The position numbers were made by a program, and so were the translations under genes. From a candidate division CPR3 bacterium GWF2_35_18 (GTDB lineage Bacteria; Patescibacteriota; CPR3; GWF2-35-18), in NCBI GenBank assembly GCA_001771135.1, contig MESW01000006.1:4870-68869 (forward strand): a stretch of DNA of 64,000 nt, in the 5' to 3' direction. Below are positions 10,018 through 19,245 of this stretch, one piece after another. Below the pieces are notes generated by a model. The model was not told the DNA's origin. It saw only the letters and a program-made list of their open reading frames with translations, and did no database searches. Within the stretch, counting starts at the first letter, position 1, and each line of letters starts with the position of its first letter.

Positions 10018-11811
10018 TTAACGAAACAGATCGAAACTTTTTAACAACTTTTTATTCCCTTCGATTTGATATTTCAAAAGCTCTGAATAAACTCCTTCTT
10101 TCTTGGCGAGGATAGAAGGATCTCCAGAGTCAACCAATCTTCCCTCATCAATCACTAATATGCGATTCACATTCTGAATCGTAGAGAAACGATGTGCAAT
10201 AATAATTACCAGTTTATCTTTCATGAGATAATTCAAAGCATCCTGAATCTCCTTTTCGCTTTTACTGTCCAGACTGCTGGTGGCTTCGTCAAGAATCAAA
10301 ATCGGCGCGTCATGCAGAATTGCTCGAGCAATCTGAATTCGTTGCTTCTGTCCTCCGGAAAGTCTGACGCCACGCTCCCCAACTTCGGACTCTAATCCGT
10401 GTGGAAGAGCCATGACAAATTCATAAGCATTAGCTTTTTTTAAAGCCTCAATTATTTCCGGCTCCGTTGAATGCCTACCATAAGAAACGTTTTCCCTAAT
10501 CGAAAGCGAAAAAAGCTCACTTTCCTGCATTACAAAAGCGATATTCCGACGAATCTGAGCATGAGAATATTTCGCATATGATTTTTTACCCAGCAAAATC
10601 TCTCCGGAATTTGGTCGATATAGTTTCATCATCAGACTCACGATCGTTGATTTCCCGGCTCCAGAATGACCCACTAAAGCTACCTTCTCTTTATTTTTTA
10701 TTTCGAAGCTGACATCCTCAAGCACTTTTTGTTTATTATCCGAATAAGCAAAACTCACGTTTTTAAAAACAATCGCCGGGGTTTTGACAATATCTTTGCT
10801 TGTCACTTTTACTTCATAATTTTCCTCTGATTTCTGGTCTAGAATTTCAAAGAATTCCTTCGATCCGCTTTCCGCCTGTTGAATGGAAGTCATAATAAAG
10901 CTCATCGCAAAAAGCGGTCGATGCACCATTCCAATAAGCTGAATAATAAGAACCATCTCTCCAATTGAAAGAGTCCCTTTAAAAGCGCTGTAAAAAATAA
11001 TGACAGATACAAGGGTCAAAATAATCTGTAGGGATAAATTACGCAAGAAATCAATAGCGTGAAAGGTGTTGCTTTGTTTCGCATAAAGACCGTCATATTT
11101 ATGTAACCGAGAAGAAACATACTCATACTCATGAGTTTCCGAAAGGAAACTTTTTACAACCTTCATATTGGCAACGACTTCTTGAGCCCGACCGCGAATT
11201 TGATCTTCCAGTTTGTTTTTTTCAGTCTCATATTTTCCCCATTTTTTAGTCGAAAGGCTGGTTAGATAAAGATAAATAGGAAAAAGTAATGCCATAAAAA
11301 TGGCCGTATATATATTGTAATAAGCGAGAATCCCAATGGTAATAATCGTTTGAATAATGGCTGGCAGGATAAAGTTGGATGAAGTATTTAAAAACTGACG
11401 AATCGTGAAAATTCCGCGTCCGAGTTTGCTCAAAACCTGACCGGAAAGTTCATTATCAAAATAGGTTAAAGGTAAACGTAAAATTTTGTCGTAAAATTTA
11501 TTGGTAAGATACAGATACATCTTCCCAGAAACATGATCTCCCATCCGATCGCTGACAGAAGTAAGCAGAGTGGCTAAAAAACTGATCCCAAAAGTCAAAG
11601 CAATTAGAATGACTAGTTTATTCATGTTTCCGCTCTGACTCTGAACCTGCAGCATAATTTCATCAACAATAAATTTTGATAATACCGGAGCTACCTGTTG
11701 CAAAGTTGAAGAAACTAATATTAGAAAAACTAATATTAAAAACACCTTGTGTAACGGTTTGGCAATTTTAATGATTCTTGTAATATTTTTCATATAATAT
11801 GCTATTAACAA
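10018..11811 (-). CDS. ABC transporter, fused permease/ATPase (MsbA-like exporter)
   Basis: Six N-terminal TM helices. Walker A GHSGAGKST. ABC signature LSGGQKQRIQIARAIL. Walker B LILDEATSSLD. Confidence 0.9.
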   Translation of the reverse strand: MLIAYYMKNITRIIKIAKPLHKVFLILVFLILVSSTLQQVAPVLSKFIVDEIMLQVQSQSGNMNKLVILIALTFGISFLATLLTSVSDRMGDHVSGKMYLYLTNKFYDKILRLPLTYFDNELSGQVLSKLGRGIFTIRQFLNTSSNFILPAIIQTIITIGILAYYNIYTAIFMALLFPIYLYLTSLSTKKWGKYETEKNKLEDQIRGRAQEVVANMKVVKSFLSETHEYEYVSSRLHKYDGLYAKQSNTFHAIDFLRNLSLQIILTLVSVIIFYSAFKGTLSIGEMVLIIQLIGMVHRPLFAMSFIMTSIQQAESGSKEFFEILDQKSEENYEVKVTSKDIVKTPAIVFKNVSFAYSDNKQKVLEDVSFEIKNKEKVALVGHSGAGKSTIVSLMMKLYRPNSGEILLGKKSYAKYSHAQIRRNIAFVMQESELFSLSIRENVSYGRHSTEPEIIEALKKANAYEFVMALPHGLESEVGERGVRLSGGQKQRIQIARAILHDAPILILDEATSSLDSKSEKEIQDALNYLMKDKLVIIIAHRFSTIQNVNRILVIDEGRLVDSGDPSILAKKEGVYSELLKYQIEGNKKLLKSFDLFR

Positions 11812-11933
11812 ATACCTATACAGTATAAGTATCTTAACAAAAAAATGTAAGAAATAAAAGGATTATGACATCATCAAGATATGTCTAAATAAAATAGATG
11901 ATATTCCAATTCCAGGAAATTTCTTCTCAAAGG

Positions 11934-12254
11934 TTATTTTTTAGGGCTATCTAGTTTATCTAGTTTAAGTTTTTTCACCCCAAAATATACAACTAAAGCC
12001 ACCACGATAAAATCAATAATCACGTTAATAAAACTTCCATACATTATTTTTGATTTACCCAAGGCAATATAAGCGCTAGAAAGATCCCCTGCCGCCCCTA
12101 AGGCTAAACCCAAAATAGGATTAATAATATCATTAACAAATGAGGAGACGACCTTTGAAACTGCTCCTCCAAGGATAAACGCAATGGCGAAACCAAAAAC
12201 TCCTTGTTCACGGATAAAAGTTAAAAAGTTTTTCAATTTTTTCACCCCCTTCAA
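11934..12254 (-). CDS. mscL: large-conductance mechanosensitive channel MscL
   Basis: FKNFLTFIREQGVFGFAIAFILGGAVSKVVSSFVNDIINPILGL matches the MscL N-terminal/TM1 consensus. About 100 aa, two TM helices. Confidence 0.85.
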   Translation of the reverse strand: MKGVKKLKNFLTFIREQGVFGFAIAFILGGAVSKVVSSFVNDIINPILGLALGAAGDLSSAYIALGKSKIMYGSFINVIIDFIVVALVVYFGVKKLKLDKLDSPKK

Positions 12255-12255
12255 A

Positions 12256-12945
12256 TTATTTTTGCAATCTATTTTGAATCGTTTTACTATCTAACTCTCG
12301 AATTGTATCTGATGCCACCCACTTAGCAGCTTTGGAATCGATCTTTTGAATCTCTTTGGCCAGGTTGATCGCTTCTTTATTTAGATTAATATTTCTTTTC
12401 CCGATATTTCGCAACGCCCAATTTACCGCTTTTTTCACAAAATTCCGCTCATCAGTCGCTCCAGATTTTATGATTGGAAAGAGTTTGATAAAAAATTCGT
12501 CAGAAGCATTTTTATCATGCCAAGCAAGACAAGCAATTAACGCATAAGACATTCTTTTGGTAAATTCGATATCTGACTTGCTCCACTCTACTATTTTCTT
12601 TGATACAAAGGGTAGCTTCTCAAAAAGATTCATCGCTGTCTGATCACAGAGATCCCAAAAGGCAATGTCTTTCACCCAAGCATCTGCCTGTTTTTCTGTA
12701 ACTTCAAGAGGAACTCCAATCATTGAAGCAACAATCATTGCTTCGGGAATTCCGGTTTTCCAAAGCTCTAAAGAAAGTTTCTGGTCTTTTCCAATTTCTT
12801 TGGCTAATCTGCGCATGTCGGGCACGGCAACTCCTAATCTTTTGTCTCCACCGATGGCAAATTTTGCCATTCCAATCAAGTTTTCGGGCTTCGCTTTGGA
12901 TTTTAACTTTTTTAGAATTTCATCTAAATTATATTGTTTATTCAC
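12256..12945 (-). CDS. DNA alkylation repair protein (AlkD/AlkC-like HEAT-repeat glycosylase family)
   Basis: ENLIGMAKFAIGGDKRLGVAVPDMRRLAKEIGKDQKLSLELWKTGIPEAMIVASMIG is typical of the 'DNA alkylation repair enzyme' family. All alpha-helical, about 230 aa. Confidence 0.65.
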   Translation of the reverse strand: MNKQYNLDEILKKLKSKAKPENLIGMAKFAIGGDKRLGVAVPDMRRLAKEIGKDQKLSLELWKTGIPEAMIVASMIGVPLEVTEKQADAWVKDIAFWDLCDQTAMNLFEKLPFVSKKIVEWSKSDIEFTKRMSYALIACLAWHDKNASDEFFIKLFPIIKSGATDERNFVKKAVNWALRNIGKRNINLNKEAINLAKEIQKIDSKAAKWVASDTIRELDSKTIQNRLQK

Positions 12946-13010
12946 CTTACCTCCTTTAGTTCAGTTAAATTATACGTTAACTAAAATTAAAAACATATAT
13001 TCATAGATAA

Positions 13011-14021
13011 ATGTATAATATAGTCATGAATAACCGGATCTTCTTGGGAACTTCATTTTCTCCTGAACAAGCTGAAAGTATTGGATGTAATAAACCCATT
13101 CAGCTACTTAAAATTATTCTCAAAGATCTTGGAATAAAAGAAATCCGGCTTGGGCTAAGATGGAATCAGATTGATCATGGAGATAAAAAGATATCGATTG
13201 TTTACTACAAACCCTATCTTAATTATTTAATCCAAAATGACTGCCCAATTTGTTTAAATATCGGACCGATAAAAACATTCCGTTGGCCGGAAGAACATCT
13301 TCCAGAATATCTACAAAAATATGCATCTAAAAAAATAGATGTAAAATCTGAATTGTCTCAAAGAGCTTACGACTATCTGCATCAACTTTTAGATCAATTA
13401 AGTAAAGAGTATCCTTATAAACTTCAAAATATTACCTTCCAACTTGATAACGAAGCTTTTAATAAATTCGGACAGTTTAAAATGGAAATTTCTGAAAATC
13501 ATGTGCTCAAAACAATTGAAATACTACACAATCATTTTCCTCAAGCAAAATTAATGTTAAATAGCGCCGGAAGAATGGACCTAAATCAGATTGTCAAAAT
13601 CTTTCAACAATTAATCAAAATACAATTATATAAACCACAATATCTTACGGCTGGATTCAATTATTATTTTAAAATTCCCCAGACTCTTCCCTTTTTTAAG
13701 ATCCTTAATCCTCTTAAAATTTCTTATCCGTTTAACATGACTATTTCATCTTTTCAAAAGAACCAACAAAAGATTGGTTTTGAGCTGGAAGTTTCTGAAG
13801 GACAATTTGAACCCTGGGGAATACAAACTTCTCCTGGAAATTCGTTTCCCGATTTCGAATATATGATTCAAAAAAGTACTGAAATCTTTCCAATAAATTA
13901 TCCGCATAAATTAATTCGCCTTTGGGGAACAGAGCTATTTGCATGGAAGTTTTTAAATAAAACAGATACTGAAGAACATCAAAAAATATTGGAAGAGATC
14001 AGAAAGATAAATCGTAATTAA
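13011..14021 (+). CDS. hypothetical TIM-barrel glycoside-hydrolase-like protein
   Basis: Alternating beta/alpha pattern. FQLDNEAFNKFG resembles the strand-4 NE(P) acid/base motif of clan GH-A hydrolases. No signal peptide. Weak assignment. Confidence 0.3.
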   Translation: MYNIVMNNRIFLGTSFSPEQAESIGCNKPIQLLKIILKDLGIKEIRLGLRWNQIDHGDKKISIVYYKPYLNYLIQNDCPICLNIGPIKTFRWPEEHLPEYLQKYASKKIDVKSELSQRAYDYLHQLLDQLSKEYPYKLQNITFQLDNEAFNKFGQFKMEISENHVLKTIEILHNHFPQAKLMLNSAGRMDLNQIVKIFQQLIKIQLYKPQYLTAGFNYYFKIPQTLPFFKILNPLKISYPFNMTISSFQKNQQKIGFELEVSEGQFEPWGIQTSPGNSFPDFEYMIQKSTEIFPINYPHKLIRLWGTELFAWKFLNKTDTEEHQKILEEIRKINRN

Positions 14022-14478
14022 TACTTCATCATAAGCTCTATTAAATGTTGATACTGCCACTCTCGTTCTTTAACTACAGCATCATCGGAATTTGTGGCTC
14101 GACAAATTGCCTGTTGAGCATAAATTGCAGCACCAAGAGCAGTGTCTTCACATGAGCGGTTGCCACCGCTTGACCAGCAGATCGAGCTGATGATCTCGCT
14201 GGATTATCTTCTCCGACATCACGAGCCGCTGCGTGAGAATCAAGTGAGGCTTTACGAATCACCGCCATTTTAAATACCCCTATATCAATCCATGCTTAAA
14301 GGGTCTTAATAGCTTGTCGAGGACGATGATCTTTGAGAAATTTTTTCTCAAAGTAAGGCAAAACCCGATCTACACAATCTCTTACCCAAACGGCTAAAGT
14401 TTTATGATCAGTTTTAGAAACAAGTTCTACTATTCTCTCTCCTTTGTAGTATGTAAGTGAAAATTCGGATTTTTTCAT
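14022..14478 (-). pseudogene. disrupted gene of a conserved Ala-rich small-protein family (predicted immunity-protein-like; in-frame TAA plus a frameshift)
   Basis: ORF 14296..14478 (…LAVWVRDCVDRVLPYFEKKFLKDHRPRQAIKTL*) and ORF 14074..14268 (MAVIRKASLDSHAAARDVGEDNPARSSARSAGQAVATAHV…) are in the same frame, separated by a single TAA. A further frame then continues as …EDTALGAAIYAQQAICRATNSDDAVVKEREWQYQHLIELMMKY*. Joined, the pattern (ADCAERVLP.FE…PRPR.AIE…AAHAAAR…AAR.AGQA…AH…ALGAA.YA…W..EHL) matches from memory a widespread actinobacterial/firmicute family that is often mis-annotated 'exonuclease SbcC' and predicted to be immunity proteins. The local GC spike follows from the Ala/Arg/Gly codon content. 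Confidence 0.55.
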
Positions 14479-14482
14479 ATTC

Positions 14483-14571
14483 TGGCGGAGAGGGCGGGAT
14501 TCGAACCCGCGAAGGTGTGACCCTTACGCGCTTTCCAAGCGCGCGCACTAGACCAACTATGCGACCTCTCC
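14483..14571 (-). tRNA. tRNA-Ser (anticodon GGA), type II with long variable arm
   Basis: Revcomp GGAGAGG-UC-GCAUAGUUGGUCUAGUGCG-CGCGC-UUGGAAA-GCGCG-long variable arm-CGGGUUCGAAUCCCG-CCCUCUCC-G-CCA. Anticodon loop UUGGAAA. 89 nt. Confidence 0.85.
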
Positions 14572-14634
14572 AGAAACTGTCATATTTTAACACATCTTCG
14601 ATTTTGTTCCCAGATATTCTTTTTTGGGAAAACT

Positions 14635-14706
14635 TGCCCTTGGCGGGAATCGAACCCACATCACCGGCTTCGGAGGCCAGCACTCTATCCTTTAAGCTAC
14701 AAGGGC
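14635..14706 (-). tRNA. tRNA-Arg (anticodon CCG)
   Basis: Revcomp GCCCUUG…CUGGC-CUCCGAA-GCCGG…GUGGG-UUCGAUU-CCCGC-CAAGGGC-A. Anticodon loop CUCCGAA. CCA not encoded. Confidence 0.8.
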
Positions 14707-14722
14707 TTATAATTTTATAATC

Positions 14723-17700
14723 TTAAAGCAATAAATTGTTTGAAGGCATAAATCCTCTGAAACCACTTCCACCAACACCTCCCGACGATATATTTCGAAT
14801 CATCTTTGACCGATGAATGATTAATCTTATAACATCCTCAATTAATTTATCAGCGTATGCTTCCTCTTTCTGCTTCCTTTCTAGATTTTCTTCTCCCTTC
14901 ATTACTGAGTCATGAATGGCGTCCCATAAACGGTCTTCATTTGTTTTTAATCCCTGTTCAATACTATCCCCCAAATCAATTCCGTATTCTGCAGCAGAAG
15001 CTCGAAGATCTTCTTCTAGCCTCTGAATCTCCTCATCTTCAATCTGATAATCATATTGAATCGAGCGTAGCTTTTCACTAAAATTCATAACCGAAAAAGC
15101 ATCTTGCAACTTCTCGGAATCTCTTTGCAATTCAGTAAGTTGCATCTGATTTTCTTCTGAAGGACTTCCCTCATAACGATGCTGCATATCTGCAACTTTG
15201 ATTTCTAAATTACTTTTATGAGTATTTTTGATTGTATCTAATTTTGTATTAACTTCAATCCAATAACGCCGTAAGTTGTCAAAATCTTCAGGTAAATCAA
15301 CGTTATTAACAAGATCTTGTTCTTTTAACAAACTAAAAGCCTCCAATATCCCTTTCATCCCTAACCCAGATAAGGCTTTTCCCGAATAAGGAAGAATTGA
15401 TTCAAATTTTTTCATCTCTAGCTCCCTCTGCCCGTCCGGAAGCTGTTGAATTCTATCCCACGCAGTAACGACACTCGTCAATCTAGAAACCTCCTTTTGG
15501 TTTTCTAGCTGAGCATCCGCAATCTGATTTATTAATCTTGCTAAAACAGCTGCATGGAAATTAGGATCATAATTTTCATGTCCTACAATTAATCTTTCCT
15601 GATCTCCTACACTAAAGTGTTTTTCAGCAAGTAGTCGATCTAGAACTTCTTGGGCAACGGTTGTATCTGAAATTCCAAAATCAATTCTTAGAAGCTGGGG
15701 TTCATAATCAACGCCACTATTTTCCATCATAATCCTGCCACAAGAGCTCCTCAAATCTGCAATTGCCTGTTCAAAAACTTCCTTTGCACTCATTTTTGTC
15801 CCATCATAGGCTGTGATCTCTCCTTCTTCAAACATAATGACAAATTCATCTCCTCCGTAACGATAAGCTTTTGCTTTCAATCCGAACTCGTTATTCAACA
15901 TTTCGGCAACATACTCAAAAATAACAGCAGCTTCGCTGATAGCTTTATCTCCCAATGCTCTTCCCCCAACTCGGTTGAAATATTTCAAAAATCCCAGATC
16001 AACAAAGGCTAGGTTTAAATTCTGTCCTTTTTCCAAAGATTCACGAATCCAAGCTCGATCATCTTTTAAATACTCTTCTCTAGTGGGAAGCCCCGTCAAA
16101 TCATCAAAACGATAATCAAAAAGCTCCATTTTACAACGAATAACTTCCGAAAGTGACGCCAGAACTCTCAACTCTACATCACTAATGCTACCGCTTTTTA
16201 CCTTCTCTAACACTGCCAAAATTTGATCATGGTATTCTGGATTATCAAATAATTTACATTCATTTCTAAAACCTTGTTCTAATAAAGTCGCATGATCCCG
16301 AACTTGATAAACACCGTTTCTAAAGATTGTGACTGGTTTTTCAAAATGAACTTCCGCAGATTTATGAGGGTAATCAAAGTCGAGAAGATTTTCAATTGTT
16401 TCTATTGCCTGAGGATCGGTAATGGATCTACTTTCAAGTATTTCACTAAGAACGGCTTGAGCAATTCCGACTTTTTCCTTTAAAGAACTCAAATACTCTT
16501 TCCTTTGGGTTTGAGTATCAGACTCTGTTAAAGATGATCCTTCTGTCCAACCTTTAAAAATCGGAACTCTCTCTGATTGATAAATATTTCTTAAATAATC
16601 TGCAAAAGGTCCGTTGGTAGTCCTGCTATATTCTTCGTTCCCAAACTTCAGAGCTCCTTGATACACAATCATAGCCGTAACAATCTGATCTTCCACACAC
16701 TCTAATTCCACTGAGTCAAAAAATCTTTTAGCAACAGCTTTAAAGGCATGTTCTTTTAGAATTTCTGGATCAAAAGTTCCGTCTGCGATTAATGAATTGA
16801 ACGAATCGAAATCTTTAAAAGGCGAATCTTCTAACCCTCCGAATTCGTTTTTGACATAATTTTCATAATATTGACGTGCGGCTTCTGTTTCTTTGATAAG
16901 AGACATTCTTGCAGCCATTTTAGTCGCAATATTATTAAGTTTGTCTACTTCTTTTACAAAATCAACCGTTCCCAGCATTAATCTCTTTACCACAATTTCT
17001 GACTCCTGTTCACTAATAGTAGAAATTCCCTGAACTAATTCTCCAATCTCTCCTTGCAATTCAGGATCATTTTTCATTTGGGAAAGCTTCTCCTGAAGTT
17101 CATTAAACATCCTTATTCCATCTTGAAGGGTCACTTCCGCCCTACTTAGCGATGTAGCTGAAGACATATTTCCCGGAAGTCCTTCGCCGGCAATTTTTAG
17201 TCCGTCAATATCTGTGAGCACATCTTCAATGTCACCGATAAATAGCTCTTTATGTGTCGTATCAACTGCAATCATAAAATCAGCCCCTCTAATATGGTAT
17301 ACCCCAAAAGGCAGATTTTCTGGATCACGAGGAACGTCTTCAGCTAGAATAGATTCGACGAAAGAATTTAAGGAAGTTACGGTTTGCGTCATCACCGCAT
17401 CACCAATTGTATGACCACCTTCCTTATTAACAATCTGTAAATCATCAATGGTGACAGCGATAAAATGAAGATTCCGATCTTGAGAATGAATTGTTAGTTT
17501 TCCCTCAGCATCCATTAGGGGTAAACTACTTTCATTTGACAAATTGGTTCTTCTTACATCAAGAGTTTTCTTTAAATAACGGTATAAAACACCTTTTTTT
17601 AAAGCTCCGGTGTCATCATTTTTATCCCTTCTTAACTCATAAAGAACTCCTCCCACATCAGAATCTCCTAGATATGCTTCTAAAAATTCTGCAGTTTGAG

Positions 17701-17743
17701 TAGGATCGTAATGGCTAATTTCCGAAGAAGTCCTTCTTTGCAT
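14723..17743 (-). CDS. large protein with two GGDEF-type domains (N-terminal degenerate 'RGADF', central canonical 'GGDEF' diguanylate cyclase)
   Basis: Residues about 85-170: IAVTIDDLQIVNKEGGHTIGDAVMTQT…FGVYHIRGADFMIAV (degenerate GGDEF). Residues about 555-650: LAFVDLGFLKYFNRVGGRALGDKAISEAAVIFEYV…AYRYGGDEFVIMFEEGE (canonical). A helical linker of about 400 aa separates them and a long acidic, coiled-coil-rich C-terminal region follows. Confidence 0.7.
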   Translation of the reverse strand: MQRRTSSEISHYDPTQTAEFLEAYLGDSDVGGVLYELRRDKNDDTGALKKGVLYRYLKKTLDVRRTNLSNESSLPLMDAEGKLTIHSQDRNLHFIAVTIDDLQIVNKEGGHTIGDAVMTQTVTSLNSFVESILAEDVPRDPENLPFGVYHIRGADFMIAVDTTHKELFIGDIEDVLTDIDGLKIAGEGLPGNMSSATSLSRAEVTLQDGIRMFNELQEKLSQMKNDPELQGEIGELVQGISTISEQESEIVVKRLMLGTVDFVKEVDKLNNIATKMAARMSLIKETEAARQYYENYVKNEFGGLEDSPFKDFDSFNSLIADGTFDPEILKEHAFKAVAKRFFDSVELECVEDQIVTAMIVYQGALKFGNEEYSRTTNGPFADYLRNIYQSERVPIFKGWTEGSSLTESDTQTQRKEYLSSLKEKVGIAQAVLSEILESRSITDPQAIETIENLLDFDYPHKSAEVHFEKPVTIFRNGVYQVRDHATLLEQGFRNECKLFDNPEYHDQILAVLEKVKSGSISDVELRVLASLSEVIRCKMELFDYRFDDLTGLPTREEYLKDDRAWIRESLEKGQNLNLAFVDLGFLKYFNRVGGRALGDKAISEAAVIFEYVAEMLNNEFGLKAKAYRYGGDEFVIMFEEGEITAYDGTKMSAKEVFEQAIADLRSSCGRIMMENSGVDYEPQLLRIDFGISDTTVAQEVLDRLLAEKHFSVGDQERLIVGHENYDPNFHAAVLARLINQIADAQLENQKEVSRLTSVVTAWDRIQQLPDGQRELEMKKFESILPYSGKALSGLGMKGILEAFSLLKEQDLVNNVDLPEDFDNLRRYWIEVNTKLDTIKNTHKSNLEIKVADMQHRYEGSPSEENQMQLTELQRDSEKLQDAFSVMNFSEKLRSIQYDYQIEDEEIQRLEEDLRASAAEYGIDLGDSIEQGLKTNEDRLWDAIHDSVMKGEENLERKQKEEAYADKLIEDVIRLIIHRSKMIRNISSGGVGGSGFRGFMPSNNLLL

Positions 17744-17984
17744 AAGCTAATATTAACACAAAAAAACTAGGATAGTAATTTCTAACGAGAGTGTAGGATT
17801 TCCTTATTGTACTGAGGATAAACGAACAAAATCCTTCGAATGATTCTCATCCACAACATATCAATTAGAAAAATGACAACAAGAATGCTGTCATTCTTTC
17901 TACGGAGGGGGTGGGAACCATTACAAAATTTCCTCAAAGAAAATTTTCCGAACCCTTAACCAATTTCTTATCAGTCACCATCTA

Positions 17985-18022
17985 CAGAGATTTGTTCTGT
18001 AAAAATTCAGAACAAATCTCTG
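17985..18022. repeat. perfect 15-bp inverted repeat (hairpin) abutting the 3' end of tRNA-Ser(CGA)
   Basis: cagagatttgttctg-taaaaatt-cagaacaaatctctg. The right arm overlaps the encoded CCA of the tRNA. Confidence 0.8.
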
Positions 18023-18112
18023 GCGGAGGGGGTGGGATTCGAACCCACGATAGCCCAAAGGACCATATCGCTTTTCGAGAGCGACGCCTTCAACCAACTC
18101 AGCCACCCCTCC
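18021..18112 (-). tRNA. tRNA-Ser (anticodon CGA), type II
   Basis: Revcomp GGAGGGG-UG-GCU…UCGCU-CUCGAAA-AGCGA-long variable arm-GUGGGUUCGAAUCCCAC-CCCCUCC-G-CCA. 92 nt. Confidence 0.85.
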
Positions 18113-18178
18113 AGAAATATTAAGAGTTACAATTTGTTATTCTAACACGTTTAACAGGAAATTTGGATATTAAGGATA

Positions 18179-18255
18179 TGGTGCGCCCGGCAGGATTTGA
18201 ACCTGCAACCCCCAGCTCCGCAAGCTAGTGCTCTATCCAGTTGAGCTACGAGCGC
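18179..18255 (-). tRNA. tRNA-Arg (anticodon GCG as read)
   Basis: Revcomp GCGCUCG-UA-GCUC-AACUGGAUA-GAGC-A-CUAGC-UUGCGGA-GCUGG-GGGUU-GCAGG-UUCAAAU-CCUGC-CGGGCGC-A-CCA. U33 and G37 are present. Anticodon is GCG rather than the usual ACG. Confidence 0.75.
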
Positions 18256-18353
18256 ATAAAAAAACCTCAGTTTCGGATTGATATGTTCGGCAAGCTATTA
18301 TACCTGAATTAATTTACTTTGCAAAAAATGAGTTAAAAGAATAATCAGAAACA

Positions 18354-18962
18354 TTACTTCTTATGTGGTTTTAAGGCGTTAACCTTCTTGGAAAAGTCTT
18401 TCAAATTAGGTTCAACTGTCAAAGTCTGCTCCGGTTTTTTTACGAATTTCTTAGTCAATTTATGGGGTATTTTTTCGGAAAACTTATTCACAAATCCATC
18501 TAAAACTGCCAGATAATCCGTCCTTTTATTTTCAATATAAGGTAGTCTTTCTAAAAGAAAATCAGTAATATCCTGCTCTTTACCGTTTTCTAAATATATT
18601 GATAACTCATTGGGAAATGAAAGATTAGTTTTTAAAAATAAAACATTTTCCTCTGGATCAATAAAAAAAGAGTTTAAATCATCCCAAAGATAGATTTTGC
18701 TTCCAAACTGAACACCATTGGTATGAATAGAATAATTAGCCAGTGGTGGTTTGACTGCAGAAATTATAAAAAATAAAAAAGCGAGGGAAACAACAAGTAG
18801 TCCAAAAAGTAACTCATTAACTAATACAAGCAGTAGAAAAACAATAGCCGTAATTACAAATAGTCCAAAAAACCATAATTTACTCTTTGGCTGAAATCTT
18901 CTTGTGGGAGCAGTCCAGGATATTAAGATTTGGGGAATTTCAAATCGAGTATGGGCAGGCAT
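18354..18962 (-). CDS. hypothetical membrane protein (2 TM)
   Basis: Two adjacent hydrophobic helices (FFGLFVITAIVFLLLVLVNELLFGLLVVSLAFLFFII) followed by a soluble domain. No recognisable motif. Confidence 0.4.
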   Translation of the reverse strand: MPAHTRFEIPQILISWTAPTRRFQPKSKLWFFGLFVITAIVFLLLVLVNELLFGLLVVSLAFLFFIISAVKPPLANYSIHTNGVQFGSKIYLWDDLNSFFIDPEENVLFLKTNLSFPNELSIYLENGKEQDITDFLLERLPYIENKRTDYLAVLDGFVNKFSEKIPHKLTKKFVKKPEQTLTVEPNLKDFSKKVNALKPHKK

Positions 18963-19206
18963 AAAAGGCTCCTTTGTTTTACGTAGCTAACAATATATCT
19001 TTCTTTTTTCATTCTATCACAACTAACATCTGAATATGCAAATCTGGCGGAGAGGCGTCCTTAATTAAAACTTCGGTATGCTAAAGCAGGGATTTACTTC
19101 GTTAACAAAAATTATTTTGTAACACTCAGTATCTTGATTTTGTATCTGTTCATTAAATTCACAGACAAAATCTAAGTCGAACCGTCGGTTCTTATCGATT
19201 CCTTAG

Positions 19207-19245
19207 CCAGAGACAAAAACATCCAAAGGATGTTCTTGTCTCTGG
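19207..19245. repeat. near-perfect 18-bp inverted repeat (hairpin) abutting the 3' end of tRNA-Ser(GCU)
   Basis: ccagagacaaaaacatcc-aaa-ggatgttcttgtctctgg. The right arm overlaps the tRNA CCA end. Confidence 0.8.

Noticed and set aside
14060-14290. A sharp GC-rich patch next to tRNA genes, considered as a structured RNA gene (tmRNA, RNase P RNA, SRP RNA or 6S).
   Set aside because: None of the conserved RNA motifs (GGUUCGA T-arm, RNase P P4, SRP domain IV) are present. The patch translates cleanly, with one stop and one frameshift, into a conserved Ala/Arg/Gly-rich protein family, which explains the GC content. The real tmRNA was found at 22165..22589.
17911-18123. The 70-aa plus-strand ORF and ORFs 14414..14683 and 14457..14720.
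   Set aside because: They lie on top of tRNA genes (tRNA-Ser, tRNA-Arg). Their translations (…GGGIRTHD…, …GIRTREG…) are simply tRNA T-arm sequences read as codons.
19043-19056. Whether the 14-nt tRNA 3'-end duplicates mark the edge of a large genomic island.
   Set aside because: In both cases the duplicate is only 100-200 bp from its tRNA with no coding capacity between them, so a classical island is excluded. The observation is kept as a separate finding on possible scars or mini-elements.
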